A DNA stretch of 64,000 nt from Bacteroidales bacterium (GTDB taxonomy: Bacteria; Bacteroidota; Bacteroidia; Bacteroidales; VadinHA17): the NCBI GenBank assembly GCA_049975425.1, contig JBNGDI010000007.1:10431-74430 (forward strand), in the 5' to 3' direction. This document shows, piece by piece, positions 9,947 to 19,628 of this stretch. Position 1 is the stretch's first letter, and each line of letters begins with the position of its first letter. The position numbers and the translations under genes were made by a program. A model generated the notes under the pieces. That model was not told the origin of the DNA. It saw only the letters and a program-made list of their open reading frames with translations, and ran no database searches.

Positions 9947-11479
9947 ATGACGGAAATATCGAAAATCGAGCTGAGGAACCTCCGGCTGAGTGATTACTAC
10001 GAGCTGAAGGAATCGATGATCGAAGCTTACAGGAACTGGGAAGGATCGTACTGGAAAGAACATCATATCAGGAAGCTGCTGGAAATTTTCCCGAAAGGTC
10101 AAATCTGCATCATCGCCGACGGCAAAGTAGTAGGCAGTGCTCTTTCTCTTATTGTACGGTATGATGATTTTGGCGATGACCATACCTACCGGCAGATCAC
10201 CGGGAACTACACATTCTCAACACATAATCCACGGGGGGATATTCTTTATGGTATTGATGTATTTATCCATCCGGAATACCGGGGGCTAAGGCTGGGAAGA
10301 AGACTTTATGAAGCACGCAAGGAATTATGTGACCAGCTCAATCTGAAGGGCATCCTGATGGGGGGACGTATTCCCGGTTATCACCGGTACGCCGATAATC
10401 TGAGTCCGAAGGAATATATTGAAAAGGTCAAACTGAAGGAAATCCACGATCCGGTGCTGAGTTTTCAGCTTTCAAACGATTTCCATGTAAAAAAGGTGCT
10501 CAGGGGGTATCTGTCGGGGGACAAGGAATCGAAAGAGTATGCCACCCTCCTGGAATGGAACAATATCTATTACACCAGCAAGCAGAAATGGTACAAACTT
10601 CCCAAAACCACCGTCAGGTTGGGGCTGGTACAATGGCAGATGCGTCATTTCAGAAATCTTGACGGTTTATATGAACAGATTGAATTCTTCATAGATGCCG
10701 TATCGGGATATAACAGCGATTTCATTTTGTTTCCCGAATTGTTCAACGCTCCCCTGATGGCAGATTACAATCACCTGACAGAAGCGGAGGCCATCAGGGA
10801 ACTGGCAAAATACACAGAATCCCTGCGCGACAAATTCATTGAGTATGCCATTTCATATAATATCAATATCATCACAGGCAGTATGCCGTTTATCAGAGAC
10901 AACAATCTGCTGAACATTGGATATGTTTGCCAGCGTGACGGTTCGTGTGATCACTATGAAAAACTGCACATTACTCCCAACGAGGAAGCATACTGGGGAA
11001 TGACAGGCGGTTCGAGAATCAGGGTTTTCGATACCGACAGCGGAAAAATCGGGGTGCTTATCTGCTATGATGTGGAATTCCCTGAATTGAGCCGGGTGAT
11101 GGCTGATGAAGGTATGCAGATACTCTTTGTCCCTTTCCTGACCGACACACAGAACGGATATTCAAGGGTAAGATATTGTGCACGGGCCAGAGCTATAGAG
11201 AACGAATGTTATGTAGCCATTGCAGGCAGTATCGGGAACCTCCCCAAGGTAAGCAATATGGACATTCAGTATGCTCAGGCAGCAGTTTTCACACCAGCCG
11301 ATTTTTCATTTCCCACCAACGGTTTAAAAGCCGAAGCCACCCCGAACACAGAAATGACCCTGATTGTAGATACCGATCTGGACCTGCTGAAAGAACTGCA
11401 CAATTACGGAAGCGTTCGCAACCTCAAGGACAGGCGGCTGGATCTGTATGAACTGAGACGGAGAGATCAAATCACCTGA
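9947..11479 (+). CDS. Bifunctional GNAT N-acetyltransferase / carbon-nitrogen hydrolase (nitrilase superfamily) protein
   Basis: 510 aa. The N-terminal GNAT-like region contains HPEYRGLRLGRRLY. The C-terminal nitrilase-superfamily region has FPELF (Glu) and the catalytic Cys motif GVLICYDVEFPE. Confidence 0.85.
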   Translation: MTEISKIELRNLRLSDYYELKESMIEAYRNWEGSYWKEHHIRKLLEIFPKGQICIIADGKVVGSALSLIVRYDDFGDDHTYRQITGNYTFSTHNPRGDILYGIDVFIHPEYRGLRLGRRLYEARKELCDQLNLKGILMGGRIPGYHRYADNLSPKEYIEKVKLKEIHDPVLSFQLSNDFHVKKVLRGYLSGDKESKEYATLLEWNNIYYTSKQKWYKLPKTTVRLGLVQWQMRHFRNLDGLYEQIEFFIDAVSGYNSDFILFPELFNAPLMADYNHLTEAEAIRELAKYTESLRDKFIEYAISYNINIITGSMPFIRDNNLLNIGYVCQRDGSCDHYEKLHITPNEEAYWGMTGGSRIRVFDTDSGKIGVLICYDVEFPELSRVMADEGMQILFVPFLTDTQNGYSRVRYCARARAIENECYVAIAGSIGNLPKVSNMDIQYAQAAVFTPADFSFPTNGLKAEATPNTEMTLIVDTDLDLLKELHNYGSVRNLKDRRLDLYELRRRDQIT

Positions 11480-11532
11480 CCTCGCCAACAGGCTGCAGAG
11501 AAAGGTGCTGCAATAACCATAATACACCCGGT

Positions 11533-11916
11533 TTATTCAAACAACCCTTCATCTCGTATAAGCATCAGGATAGCCGAATGGGGGACGATTACATATTTTT
11601 CCCTGTTGAATTCGATTTCGTAACCGCTTTTTTGCAGGTAAATGGCAAGATCACCTTCATGTGGCTGTAAAGGAACATATTTTACTTCCTCCGATTTCCC
11701 TTTCCAGGGCTCACTTTCGTCCATCAGGGCAGGAACGGGATAACCCGGACCCACTTTGAGCACATAACCGCTGTGAATTTTTTCGTTTTCCATCACTCCG
11801 GGAGGAAGGTACAATCCCGATTTGGTTTTTACCTGGTCGGCTTTGGGCTTGATCAGCACCCTGTCGCCCACCATGATGAACCTATTCAGGTCAGATTTGT
11901 CGGGAATAATTGCCAT
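11533..11916 (-). CDS. GroES-family co-chaperonin-like protein (long form)
   Basis: MVGDRVLIKP...KTKSGLYLP...G.VLKVGPG follows the GroES/Cpn10 pattern. It is 127 aa, longer than canonical GroES, and no groEL is adjacent. Confidence 0.65.
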   Translation of the reverse strand: MAIIPDKSDLNRFIMVGDRVLIKPKADQVKTKSGLYLPPGVMENEKIHSGYVLKVGPGYPVPALMDESEPWKGKSEEVKYVPLQPHEGDLAIYLQKSGYEIEFNREKYVIVPHSAILMLIRDEGLFE

Positions 11917-12017
11917 CTGTTTCGAGTTATTACCACAAAGATATAACTTTACGGAAAAAGCGGGAGGAAAACCCGTATGTAGCGAACTGATTATACAACA
12001 TACAAACAGGATCCTAT

Positions 12018-12713
12018 TTGGCCGATATCTATTTCATACTGGTAGAACCTGCTGTTCCGGGCAACATCGGTGCCAGTGCCAGAGCGATCAAAACCATGGG
12101 GTTCCGGAAGCTACGGCTGGTAAATCCTGCCGATCATCTGAACACAGAAGCCCGCACGCTGGCGCATGGTTCACACAATATTCTTGAGCAGGCCGAGGTA
12201 TTTGACACATTGGAAGCAGCCATTCACGATCTCGATTTTGTGGCAGGAACAAGTGCCCGGCATAAAAAGGCGCATCATGATTATTTTCCACTGGACACCT
12301 TACCCGGTTTCATCAAAACCCGGGAATCAATGATCAGAAAGGCAGGGATTGTTTTTGGAAAAGAGGAAAGCGGATTGAGCAACACCCAGCTCAGGGCCTG
12401 TGATGTAATGGTATACATTCCCATGCAAACGGATTTCCCTTCGCTGAACCTTTCACAGGCTGTTATGATTTGTGCCTACACCCTGTTTAAAGGGCAGATA
12501 AATAATAAACCTCCTGATCTGTTACCCACGGAGCCTGGGCCGGGTTTCCGACATCTGGCAAAAAAAATTGAAGACTCTATGAACCGCATTGGTATCTTAA
12601 AAGGAACGCCTCTCTACCACCGCATCAGGGAGCGTATCTCACTGATGGAGGAAACCGATATACACCTGCTTCTTTCGGTCATCAAGCACCTGGATAAGAC
12701 TCTGAATAAATAA
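12018..12713 (+). CDS. trmJ: SpoU/TrmH-family RNA 2'-O-methyltransferase, TrmJ-like
   Basis: IYFILVEPAVPGNIGASARAIKTMGF and FGKEESGLSN motifs. The apparent start is TTG, with no in-frame ATG nearby. Confidence 0.8.
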   Translation: MADIYFILVEPAVPGNIGASARAIKTMGFRKLRLVNPADHLNTEARTLAHGSHNILEQAEVFDTLEAAIHDLDFVAGTSARHKKAHHDYFPLDTLPGFIKTRESMIRKAGIVFGKEESGLSNTQLRACDVMVYIPMQTDFPSLNLSQAVMICAYTLFKGQINNKPPDLLPTEPGPGFRHLAKKIEDSMNRIGILKGTPLYHRIRERISLMEETDIHLLLSVIKHLDKTLNK

Positions 12714-12732
12714 CCGGATACATCCTTCATTT

Positions 12733-13410
12733 ATGGAACAGCATCACCCAAAAGTTATCAGCTTCGATTGCTATGGCACCCTGATCGACTGGAAACAGGG
12801 AGTGATCCAGAGCCTCCATCCTTTGCTGGCCGAATATCATCTGAACATTCCGGAAGAAGATCTGTTTACCCTTTTTGCGGAAGCCGACCGTTATTTTACC
12901 TCAGGAAAGTATATAACATACCGTGAAATACTCATCCGGACCATGAAATGGATTGCTGACAGGCTGGGTATCAACCTGCATGGAAATGACGAAAAAGCAC
13001 TGACAGGCAGTTTCCCCAACTGGAAACCTTTTCCTGATGTTCAGGAGGCACTTGGACAACTTAAGCGCAAATACCCCCTTGTTATTCTCTCCAATGTGGA
13101 TGACGACCTGTTTTCCTTCACCCGGAAGTTACTGGGGGTTACTTTCGACGAGGTAATTACCGCTTATCAGGTCCGATCCTATAAGCCTTCACCGGTACAT
13201 TTCCGTGAAGCAACGGACAGGCTGGGTATTGAGAAGGAAGAAATGCTGCATGTTGCCCAGAGCATCTATCATGATATTGAGCCCTGCCTGGAGCTGGGCA
13301 TTCCCTGTGTGTGGATAAACCGATATGGAGAGGCTGTTCCCAAAGTGATAAAAGACAATAAACTACCCTTTTTCCATGCACTTGATGACTTGGTGGAGGT
13401 TCTTATGTGA
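12733..13410 (+). CDS. HAD-superfamily hydrolase (haloacid dehalogenase type II-like)
   Basis: Motif I is VISFDCYGTLIDW. The motif-III-like SYKP is present, and ILSNVDDD also fits the family. Confidence 0.85.
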   Translation: MEQHHPKVISFDCYGTLIDWKQGVIQSLHPLLAEYHLNIPEEDLFTLFAEADRYFTSGKYITYREILIRTMKWIADRLGINLHGNDEKALTGSFPNWKPFPDVQEALGQLKRKYPLVILSNVDDDLFSFTRKLLGVTFDEVITAYQVRSYKPSPVHFREATDRLGIEKEEMLHVAQSIYHDIEPCLELGIPCVWINRYGEAVPKVIKDNKLPFFHALDDLVEVLM

Positions 13411-13594
13411 AAGACCCAGAACCCAGGTTTCATCTTAAATAATCCTGAGGTTTTCAACAGATAATTGTTCCTTTCATCAGTATGTACATGTTAAGAATTT
13501 ACAAAAGCTTCACAATACAGTAACCCAGGTTTCAGTTTCATGTGGTTAACCCGCCCTAATTTTACTCCCGGTACAAAGAAGCTGATTCCCGGAC

Positions 13595-14350
13595 ATGAAC
13601 CTGCTCATCCTTTCTGATCTTCATATTGGCAACGGTGATCCCTTCGGCACTTTTGGCTGGAGTCAGGAAGAGTTTATGATAGTGCTTGATCAGATCGTTG
13701 ATGAGTATAGTATTGACCAGGTAGTTCTGAATGGTGATATTTTTGAACTATACAAATATCCACTTGTTCAGATTCGGGAAGCCAATGGCAAACTGATCAA
13801 TTACCTGGAAAGCTCCGGATTCCTGTTCATCAAGGGAAATCACGACATTCTTCACCCGGCCGGAGAGGATTTTTTTCTAACCGAAAACAGCTCAGGACAG
13901 AAAATATATATTGAGCACGGTCATGAAGCCGATTTTATGAACGGGACAAAATTGGGCAGGTGGATGGGCAGGCGGCTCTTCAGCATGATCAAGCGACTTG
14001 CATCGTTTGATTTTTTTCTGAAGCAATATTTCAGGTTTGTGGAATATGATGATCAGATAAAGCGGATTCCCAAAAAATACAATACATATAAATACTTACA
14101 GTATGCCCTGAAGCTTCTTAGAACATATGATGTCGTGATTCTGGGCCATACCCATAAAATAGAGACCCATCACACCTATTATCTACAAAAAAAGAAACGC
14201 TACCTGAACTGTGGAACCTGTTCCATGGGCAGGTTTGAGGGGATTGTACTTGACACGGAGTCACTGAGGTATGAAATCATCAAAACCAGCAGAAAAGCTT
14301 TCAGGCATTTTTTTCAACCGTCTTTGTACAGTTATTCAATACCGGGTTAA
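13595..14350 (+). CDS. Calcineurin-like metallophosphoesterase (LpxH-like architecture)
   Basis: Motifs LILSDLHIG, NGDIFE, KGNHD and GHTH occur in the canonical order. Confidence 0.8.
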   Translation: MNLLILSDLHIGNGDPFGTFGWSQEEFMIVLDQIVDEYSIDQVVLNGDIFELYKYPLVQIREANGKLINYLESSGFLFIKGNHDILHPAGEDFFLTENSSGQKIYIEHGHEADFMNGTKLGRWMGRRLFSMIKRLASFDFFLKQYFRFVEYDDQIKRIPKKYNTYKYLQYALKLLRTYDVVILGHTHKIETHHTYYLQKKKRYLNCGTCSMGRFEGIVLDTESLRYEIIKTSRKAFRHFFQPSLYSYSIPG

Positions 14351-15120
14351 ATTTTTATGTAGCTTCTTTCCCTTTTTTCAAAAACCGCCAGTTTGGTGTA
14401 ACCGATTTTTTTGAGCATTTCCAGTGCTTCAGGGAAAAAACGAGCCACATCTCCGGGGTTGTGGGCATCCGAACCCAGGGTAACTGAAATACCCTTCTGA
14501 TGGCAGAGTTTAAGCAGGATTTCAGAAGGATAAAAATCACGGCAGGGTTTTGATTTTCCGCTGGTATTGAGTTCAACCACTATGTCCGATTCTTTTATTG
14601 CATCCAGGGCAGCGGAAATAAAATCACCATTGGTGCTTGACAGTCTGTGTCCGAATTTTTTCACCAGGTCGAGGTGACCCATGATATCAAATAGCCGGGA
14701 GCGGGCCAACTTTTCCACCAGGCTGTAGTAATAATCATAAATATGCCTCAGGTCTCTTTCTTCGTATCCGTCCGGAGAGGAATCAAAATTCCAGGTTCCC
14801 AGAAAATGTACCGAACCGATGATGTAATCAAGAGGGAGCTTATCCAGAATGGTGGACAGTTCCTCTTCCCTTTCGGGGAAATAATCCACTTCCAGTCCGG
14901 TTTTAACCCGGCAGGACCCCGAACATTCTTTTCTTACCCGCTGCATGCGTTTCTTCCAGGCAGGAAGATCATCCAATCCCATGGCCCAGGGAACAGGCCG
15001 CAGGCAAAAATGATCTGAAAAGCCCATTTCGGAAAGACCAAGCCTGAGCGCTTCATTGTAATATTCCCTGTGTTCACCGCTACCGTCGGAAAGCGAGGTA
15101 TGTATGTGATAATCGATCAT
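14347..15120 (-). CDS. PHP-domain histidinol-phosphatase family protein (HisJ-like)
   Basis: N-terminal MIDYHIHTSLSDG, internal GSVHF and C-terminal GSDAH are PHP metal-binding motifs. Confidence 0.85.
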   Translation of the reverse strand: MIDYHIHTSLSDGSGEHREYYNEALRLGLSEMGFSDHFCLRPVPWAMGLDDLPAWKKRMQRVRKECSGSCRVKTGLEVDYFPEREEELSTILDKLPLDYIIGSVHFLGTWNFDSSPDGYEERDLRHIYDYYYSLVEKLARSRLFDIMGHLDLVKKFGHRLSSTNGDFISAALDAIKESDIVVELNTSGKSKPCRDFYPSEILLKLCHQKGISVTLGSDAHNPGDVARFFPEALEMLKKIGYTKLAVFEKRERSYIKI

Positions 15121-15371
15121 GAAGGTTTTTCACTTATTTTTTTGACCTTTTGCAACTCAGTGCGGGCATCAATCATTCTGGCCCAGTTAACCTGCTTTCC
15201 CGATTCGAGTGACTCATAAACAAATCCCTGATCGGTATTCACAATTCTGCATTTCCCCATATCGTAGCGGTAAGAGATAACTATGTCCCCTTCTTTCAGA
15301 GGGGTGCCGTCCATATCGGCCATTTTTACCCGTCGTGAAGTATCTGACCGGTTTTTCAGAAAACGGAACAT
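15117..15371 (-). CDS. Small hypothetical protein
   Basis: The ORF track gives 15117..15422. The internal ATG (MFRFLKNR) at 15371 is the more likely start. Its stop overlaps the hisJ-like start (ATGA). No family recognised. Confidence 0.4.
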   Translation of the reverse strand: MFRFLKNRSDTSRRVKMADMDGTPLKEGDIVISYRYDMGKCRIVNTDQGFVYESLESGKQVNWARMIDARTELQKVKKISEKPS

Positions 15372-15529
15372 ATCGGTTGAGTTGAATTGGTTAAACGAAG
15401 TTAGGCATTTATGAGGAAACAATCCAATCGGTGAGATGATATTATTTTTCTTACATTTGGAAAGAACATCCGGCCGGTTTGTTTCCTGCCGGAAGCATCA
15501 AGCTGTAATCAAACAGAAAGGAGGACGTG

Positions 15530-16543
15530 ATGAAAGTGGCCATTTTCAGTACTCTCCCGCATGACAGGGAATATCTTGATGCAGCCAACAGGAACGGAAG
15601 GCATGAACTGGTTTATTTCGAGCACTCGCTGAAGAAAGAAACCGCACCCATTGCCCGGGGATTCGACGGGGTATGTGCCTTTGTCAACGATCGCATCGAC
15701 AGGGCCTGTATTGAGATCCTGCATTCTCTGCATATCAAAGTCATTGCACTTCGATGTGCCGGATTCAATCAGGTGGATCTTCAGGCAGCCCACGATTATG
15801 GTATTCCTGTGTTGAGGGTGCCTGCCTATTCTCCACACGCCATTGCCGAACATGCCGTGGCACTGATTCTGACACTCAACCGAAAAACCCACAAGGCCTA
15901 TAACCGGGTAAGGGAAGGCAATTTCTCCGCTGTGCGACTTACCGGCTTTGACCTGTATGGAAAAACCGCGGGTGTTATTGGCACCGGGAAAATTGGATCG
16001 GCCTTTGCCCGCATAATGATGGGATTCGGATGCAGGGTACTGGCATACGACAGGCACCCCAGTAAAACATTAGAGGAGCAGGGCATTGTATACACCGGCC
16101 TTGATGAACTGTACGCAGAGAGCGATATCATTTCACTCCATTGCCCCCTTACTCCCGAAACCTATAAAATGATCAATGAAACCAGTATCGCCAAAATGAA
16201 GGAGGGTGTCATGCTGATCAATACAAGCAGGGGCAAGCTGGTCAGCACCTCATCGGTTATCAGGGGTTTAAGGGAGCGAAAAATCGGGTACCTGGGAATA
16301 GATGTGTATGCACAGGAAGAAAATCTTTTTTTCAGGGATCTTTCGGAAATACTGATCGAAGACGAAGCCATCAACACCCTGATGACCTTCCCCAATGTAC
16401 TGGTAACTGCCCATCAGGCATTCATGACCCGCGAGGCACTTGAAGAAATTGCCCGAACTACCCTGCACAACCTGGACGATCTGGATGCGGGGCGGCAACT
16501 GGTCAATGAAGTGAAACTGGATGTGTTACAGGGGAAAAAATAA
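15530..16543 (+). CDS. ldhA: D-lactate dehydrogenase / D-isomer-specific 2-hydroxyacid dehydrogenase
   Basis: MKVAIFS start (ATG at 15530, one codon after an in-frame GTG). NAD-binding motif GVIGTGKIGSAF. Catalytic-region segments LINTSRG and VTAHQAF. Confidence 0.9.
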   Translation: MKVAIFSTLPHDREYLDAANRNGRHELVYFEHSLKKETAPIARGFDGVCAFVNDRIDRACIEILHSLHIKVIALRCAGFNQVDLQAAHDYGIPVLRVPAYSPHAIAEHAVALILTLNRKTHKAYNRVREGNFSAVRLTGFDLYGKTAGVIGTGKIGSAFARIMMGFGCRVLAYDRHPSKTLEEQGIVYTGLDELYAESDIISLHCPLTPETYKMINETSIAKMKEGVMLINTSRGKLVSTSSVIRGLRERKIGYLGIDVYAQEENLFFRDLSEILIEDEAINTLMTFPNVLVTAHQAFMTREALEEIARTTLHNLDDLDAGRQLVNEVKLDVLQGKK

Positions 16544-16556
16544 CCTTCTGAAAAAC

Positions 16557-17339
16557 ATGAAAATTTCTCTCTATCAGGTAGATGCTTTCACCCGGCATGT
16601 TTTCGGAGGGAACCCGGCCGCCGTATGTCCGCTGGAGCAATGGATTGACGACTCTCTCATGCAACAGATAGCCGCCGAGAACAACCTTTCGGAAACCGCT
16701 TTTTTCGTATTCTCAGGTGATCATTATGAAATCAGATGGTTTACACCCGAAACCGAGGTAGATCTGTGCGGACATGCCACCCTGGCCAGTGCCCATGTGC
16801 TGTTCCGGCACCTGGGATATGGCTCTTCCCGTATTCATTTTATGAGTCGCTACAGTGGTCATTTGTATGTTTCAATGGAAAATGACCGGATCATCCTCGA
16901 TTTCCCGGCCAGCCGGAATGAAAGGGCAGAGATTCCGGGGGCACTGGCCGGGGGGCTGGGCAAAGAACCGCTTGAACTGTACAGGGCCAGGGATTATATG
17001 GCCGTATTTAACAGGGAAGAAGATGTAATTGCCATGCGCCCCGATCATTCGAAACTGAATGACCTCGATGTGCTGGGTATTATTGTTACCGCTCCGGGAA
17101 ACGACTGCGATTTTGTTTCGCGGTTCTTTGCCCCGGCGGCCGGTATTACCGAAGATCCCGTAACCGGTTCGGCCCATACCATGCTTGTTCCATACTGGTC
17201 AAAGCGCCTGGGAAAAAAGAAACTGCACGCCTTACAGGTTTCTGAACGCCGGGGAGAACTGTTTTGCGAAATGAAACACAACCGTGTGGCCATCGGCGGA
17301 TATGCACGCACGTATCTTACTGGAAAAATTGAAATTTAA
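16557..17339 (+). CDS. PhzF-family isomerase
   Basis: MKISLYQVDAFT...GNPAAV, SETAF, CGHATLA and the TGSAH motif. The start was moved to the ATG at 16557 to remove the overlap with ldhA. Confidence 0.9.
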   Translation: MKISLYQVDAFTRHVFGGNPAAVCPLEQWIDDSLMQQIAAENNLSETAFFVFSGDHYEIRWFTPETEVDLCGHATLASAHVLFRHLGYGSSRIHFMSRYSGHLYVSMENDRIILDFPASRNERAEIPGALAGGLGKEPLELYRARDYMAVFNREEDVIAMRPDHSKLNDLDVLGIIVTAPGNDCDFVSRFFAPAAGITEDPVTGSAHTMLVPYWSKRLGKKKLHALQVSERRGELFCEMKHNRVAIGGYARTYLTGKIEI

Positions 17340-17348
17340 TCTTTCCTG

Positions 17349-17726
17349 TTACCGGGATAAAAGCAATTCATGGTAAGCCCTCCGGTACCTGAACAGAAAA
17401 TATACGTTCAGCCCCAGCGTTAACAGGGCCGGAGTGATATTCGGCAAATCAAGAAAAAGATGAAAAAAAACAAAATTCAGACTCAGGGGGAAGAGTACCG
17501 CCATGGCCAGAGCAATATACCGGCCGGAGAAAAGGGCGAGGGCAACAAGTATTTCAAAAACAGCCACCACAGGCATAATATATCCTGTATTCACCAGAGA
17601 TGAATAAAAAGAAACCGCTTCCCTCCGCATTTCGGGTACAGGCATGAATTGGAAAAACTTGTTCAGAGCATACAGCAGAAGGATCAGTCCCAGCAAATAT
17701 TGAAGAACTTTATTCAGTGTTTTCAT
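17349..17726 (-). CDS. DoxX-family membrane protein
   Basis: 125 aa with four hydrophobic helices and the LLGLILLLYALNKF N-terminus typical of DoxX-like proteins. Confidence 0.7.
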   Translation of the reverse strand: MKTLNKVLQYLLGLILLLYALNKFFQFMPVPEMRREAVSFYSSLVNTGYIMPVVAVFEILVALALFSGRYIALAMAVLFPLSLNFVFFHLFLDLPNITPALLTLGLNVYFLFRYRRAYHELLLSR

Positions 17727-17838
17727 TTTACCCGTTTTTATTTTACCGGTGAATAAACAAGATATGGATGGTTTTGTTTACAGGAAAAAATAGTTAATAT
17801 TGCCCACTAAAATAATAATAACACCAAAGGACTGCGAT

Positions 17839-18306
17839 ATGAAAAAATATCTGTTTTTTGTGGCTGTGGTATTTTCATTAACAAGCCAGTTGAATGCCCA
17901 GCACTATGTCAATTCCATCGGATTGCGCGGGGGGAATCCTTACGGACTCACCTTCAAACATTTCATGACTGAGGAGAATGCCTTTGAATTCATACTTTCT
18001 TCCTACTCATTTATTTCGGGGCTCCAGATTACCGGATTGTATGAAATGCATCGTCCCACCAATGAAGTGCCCAAGCTGAACTATTATTTCGGTGTGGGCG
18101 CCCATGCAGGTTATGACGACTATGGAAGGTTCTATACCAATCTGGGTGTTGAGCCGGTTCTGGGAGTGGATATGATAGGAGGTCTGGAATACACTTTCGA
18201 TGACCTCCCGCTGAATGTCAGTCTTGATCTGATACCGGGCCTTAATATCATCAGTACTTTCCGGCTGGTGATAGGAGGTGGTATATCTGTGCGATACATT
18301 TTCTGA
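17839..18306 (+). CDS. Small outer-membrane beta-barrel protein
   Basis: Signal peptide MKKYLFFVAVVFSLTSQLNA, alternating beta-strand pattern, and C-terminal SVRYIF with a terminal aromatic residue. Confidence 0.6.
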   Translation: MKKYLFFVAVVFSLTSQLNAQHYVNSIGLRGGNPYGLTFKHFMTEENAFEFILSSYSFISGLQITGLYEMHRPTNEVPKLNYYFGVGAHAGYDDYGRFYTNLGVEPVLGVDMIGGLEYTFDDLPLNVSLDLIPGLNIISTFRLVIGGGISVRYIF

Positions 18307-18353
18307 TGAAACAGACGAGCAGAACACCAGCCGGCATATTTTTTCGAAAAATA

Positions 18354-18383
18354 TTGACAAGAATAAAAAAGTTCTTATTTTTG
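18354..18383 (+). promoter_or_regulatory. Candidate promoter for tRNA-Glu/rpsT: TTGACA-like upstream box plus a Bacteroidota-type -7 box TATTTTTG (TAnnTTTG)
   Basis: attgacaagaataaaaaagttcTTATTTTTGcag ends about 29 nt upstream of the tRNA 5' end. Motif match only. Confidence 0.35.
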
Positions 18384-18411
18384 CAGTCCCAATAATGGGA
18401 AGTTCTTTAGG

Positions 18412-18483
18412 GGCCCGTTCGTCTAGGGGTTAGGACGCCAGGTTTTCATCCTGGTAACAGGGGTTCGATTCCCCTACGGGCTA
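18412..18483 (+). tRNA. tRNA-Glu (anticodon TTC)
   Basis: Hand-folded cloverleaf: acceptor GGCCCGT/ACGGGCT, D-arm GTCT..GGAC, anticodon stem CCAGG/CCTGG with loop TTTTCAT, T-arm AGGGG-TTCGATT-CCCCT. CCA is not encoded. Confidence 0.9.
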
Positions 18484-18513
18484 CATTTTTTATGAAAAGA
18501 AAGATAAGAAGGA

Positions 18514-18765
18514 ATGGCCAATCACAAATCAGCACTGAAAAGGATCAGGCAAACCGAAACCCGGCGTCTGAGAAACAGATATTATGCCCGGACAGCCCGG
18601 AACGCCGTAAAAAAGCTGCGTAAAACCACCAGCAAACAGGAAGCCGAAGAATTGCTTCCGAGAATAAATGCCATGCTTGACAAGCTTGCCAAAAAGAATG
18701 TCATTCACCGGAATAAAGCCGGAAACCTGAAAAGCAGCCTTGCCAAACATGTAAACAGCCTTTAA
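18514..18765 (+). CDS. rpsT: 30S ribosomal protein S20
   Basis: [24 protein letters not shown] is the canonical S20 N-terminus. 83 aa. Confidence 0.95.
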   Translation: MANHKSALKRIRQTETRRLRNRYYARTARNAVKKLRKTTSKQEAEELLPRINAMLDKLAKKNVIHRNKAGNLKSSLAKHVNSL

Positions 18766-18806
18766 GTATACTTTCTTAATCGATATCCTTCATATTCATA
18801 ATAATT

Positions 18807-18840
18807 TGGCTGTCATATCATTATGGCAGCCATTTTTCTT
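18807..18840 (+). terminator. Rho-independent terminator downstream of rpsT
   Basis: An 11-bp stem, tggctgtcata / tatggcagcca (one G-U pair), with loop tcat, followed by TTTTT. Confidence 0.7.
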
Positions 18841-18918
18841 TACGAACCAGGTGAACAACCGTATTTTTAAATTCCCCTTAATTTTTCTATCTTTCATGTA
18901 TACTTTTCTCTTGCGGTC

Positions 18919-19614
18919 ATGGATTATCAAACCAGACTGAGCATCAAGGACTGGGCGGTGGAAGATCGTCCACGGGAAAAGCTTCTGGAAAAAGGAACAC
19001 ATACTCTGAGTGACGCAGAACTGATCGCCATATTGATCGGTTCGGGAAGCAGGAATGAAACTGCTGTAGAGGTCGCGAAAAAGATACTTCTCTCCGCTGG
19101 CAATAACCTGAACGAACTGGGCAAACTCAGTGTGCATGATCTGATGAAGCATAAAGGAATTGGAGAAGCCAAGGCCATTTCTATTGTGGCTGCTCTGGAA
19201 CTGGGACGCAGAAGGAAACTCTCAGACATCAGGGAAAAAAAGAAAATTTCATGCAGCCGTGATGTGGCCGAAATATTCCAGCAGATACTGGAAGACTTGC
19301 CCCATGAAGAATTCTGGATCCTTCTGCTGAACCGTTCAAACAGAATCATTGCCAAAATGAAAACCAGCCAGGGTGGTATAGCAGGAACCGTTACCGATGT
19401 AAGAATAATTCTGCGTGAAGCCCTGGAGAAAAGGGCTTCTTCCCTCATCCTCTGTCATAATCATCCCTCAGGCAATCTCACCCCCAGCGAAGCCGATATC
19501 AGCATCACGAAAAAACTCAAGGAAGCAGGCAAACTGATGGATATTCAGGTTCTTGACCATCTGATTATTGCCAACCACCAATTTTTCAGCTTTGCCGACG
19601 AAGGGCTCCTTTGA
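18919..19614 (+). CDS. radC: RadC-family JAB/MPN-domain protein
   Basis: The helix-hairpin-helix part contains ELIAILIGSG and GIGEAKA. The C-terminal JAMM motif is LILCHNHPSGNLTPSEAD. Confidence 0.9.
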   Translation: MDYQTRLSIKDWAVEDRPREKLLEKGTHTLSDAELIAILIGSGSRNETAVEVAKKILLSAGNNLNELGKLSVHDLMKHKGIGEAKAISIVAALELGRRRKLSDIREKKKISCSRDVAEIFQQILEDLPHEEFWILLLNRSNRIIAKMKTSQGGIAGTVTDVRIILREALEKRASSLILCHNHPSGNLTPSEADISITKKLKEAGKLMDIQVLDHLIIANHQFFSFADEGLL

Positions 19615-19628
19615 AAACTCCCGTTCAG

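Noticed and set aside
11533-11916. A GroES-like gene without groEL, considered as an anomalous chaperonin locus.
   Set aside because: Stand-alone long GroES-fold paralogs are common in Bacteroidota. Nothing else in the neighbourhood is unusual.
18339-18358. AT-only palindrome (atattttttcgaaaaatat) after the small OMP gene, considered as a terminator or operator.
   Set aside because: The stem is almost pure A/T and too weak for a confident intrinsic terminator. It overlaps the putative tRNA-Glu promoter region and is mentioned only as context.
18919-19614. RadC/JAB protein as a marker of a mobile element or anti-restriction island.
   Set aside because: It is flanked by rpsT, tRNA-Glu and folK, with no integrase, relaxase or phage genes. 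This matches the common chromosomal radC context.
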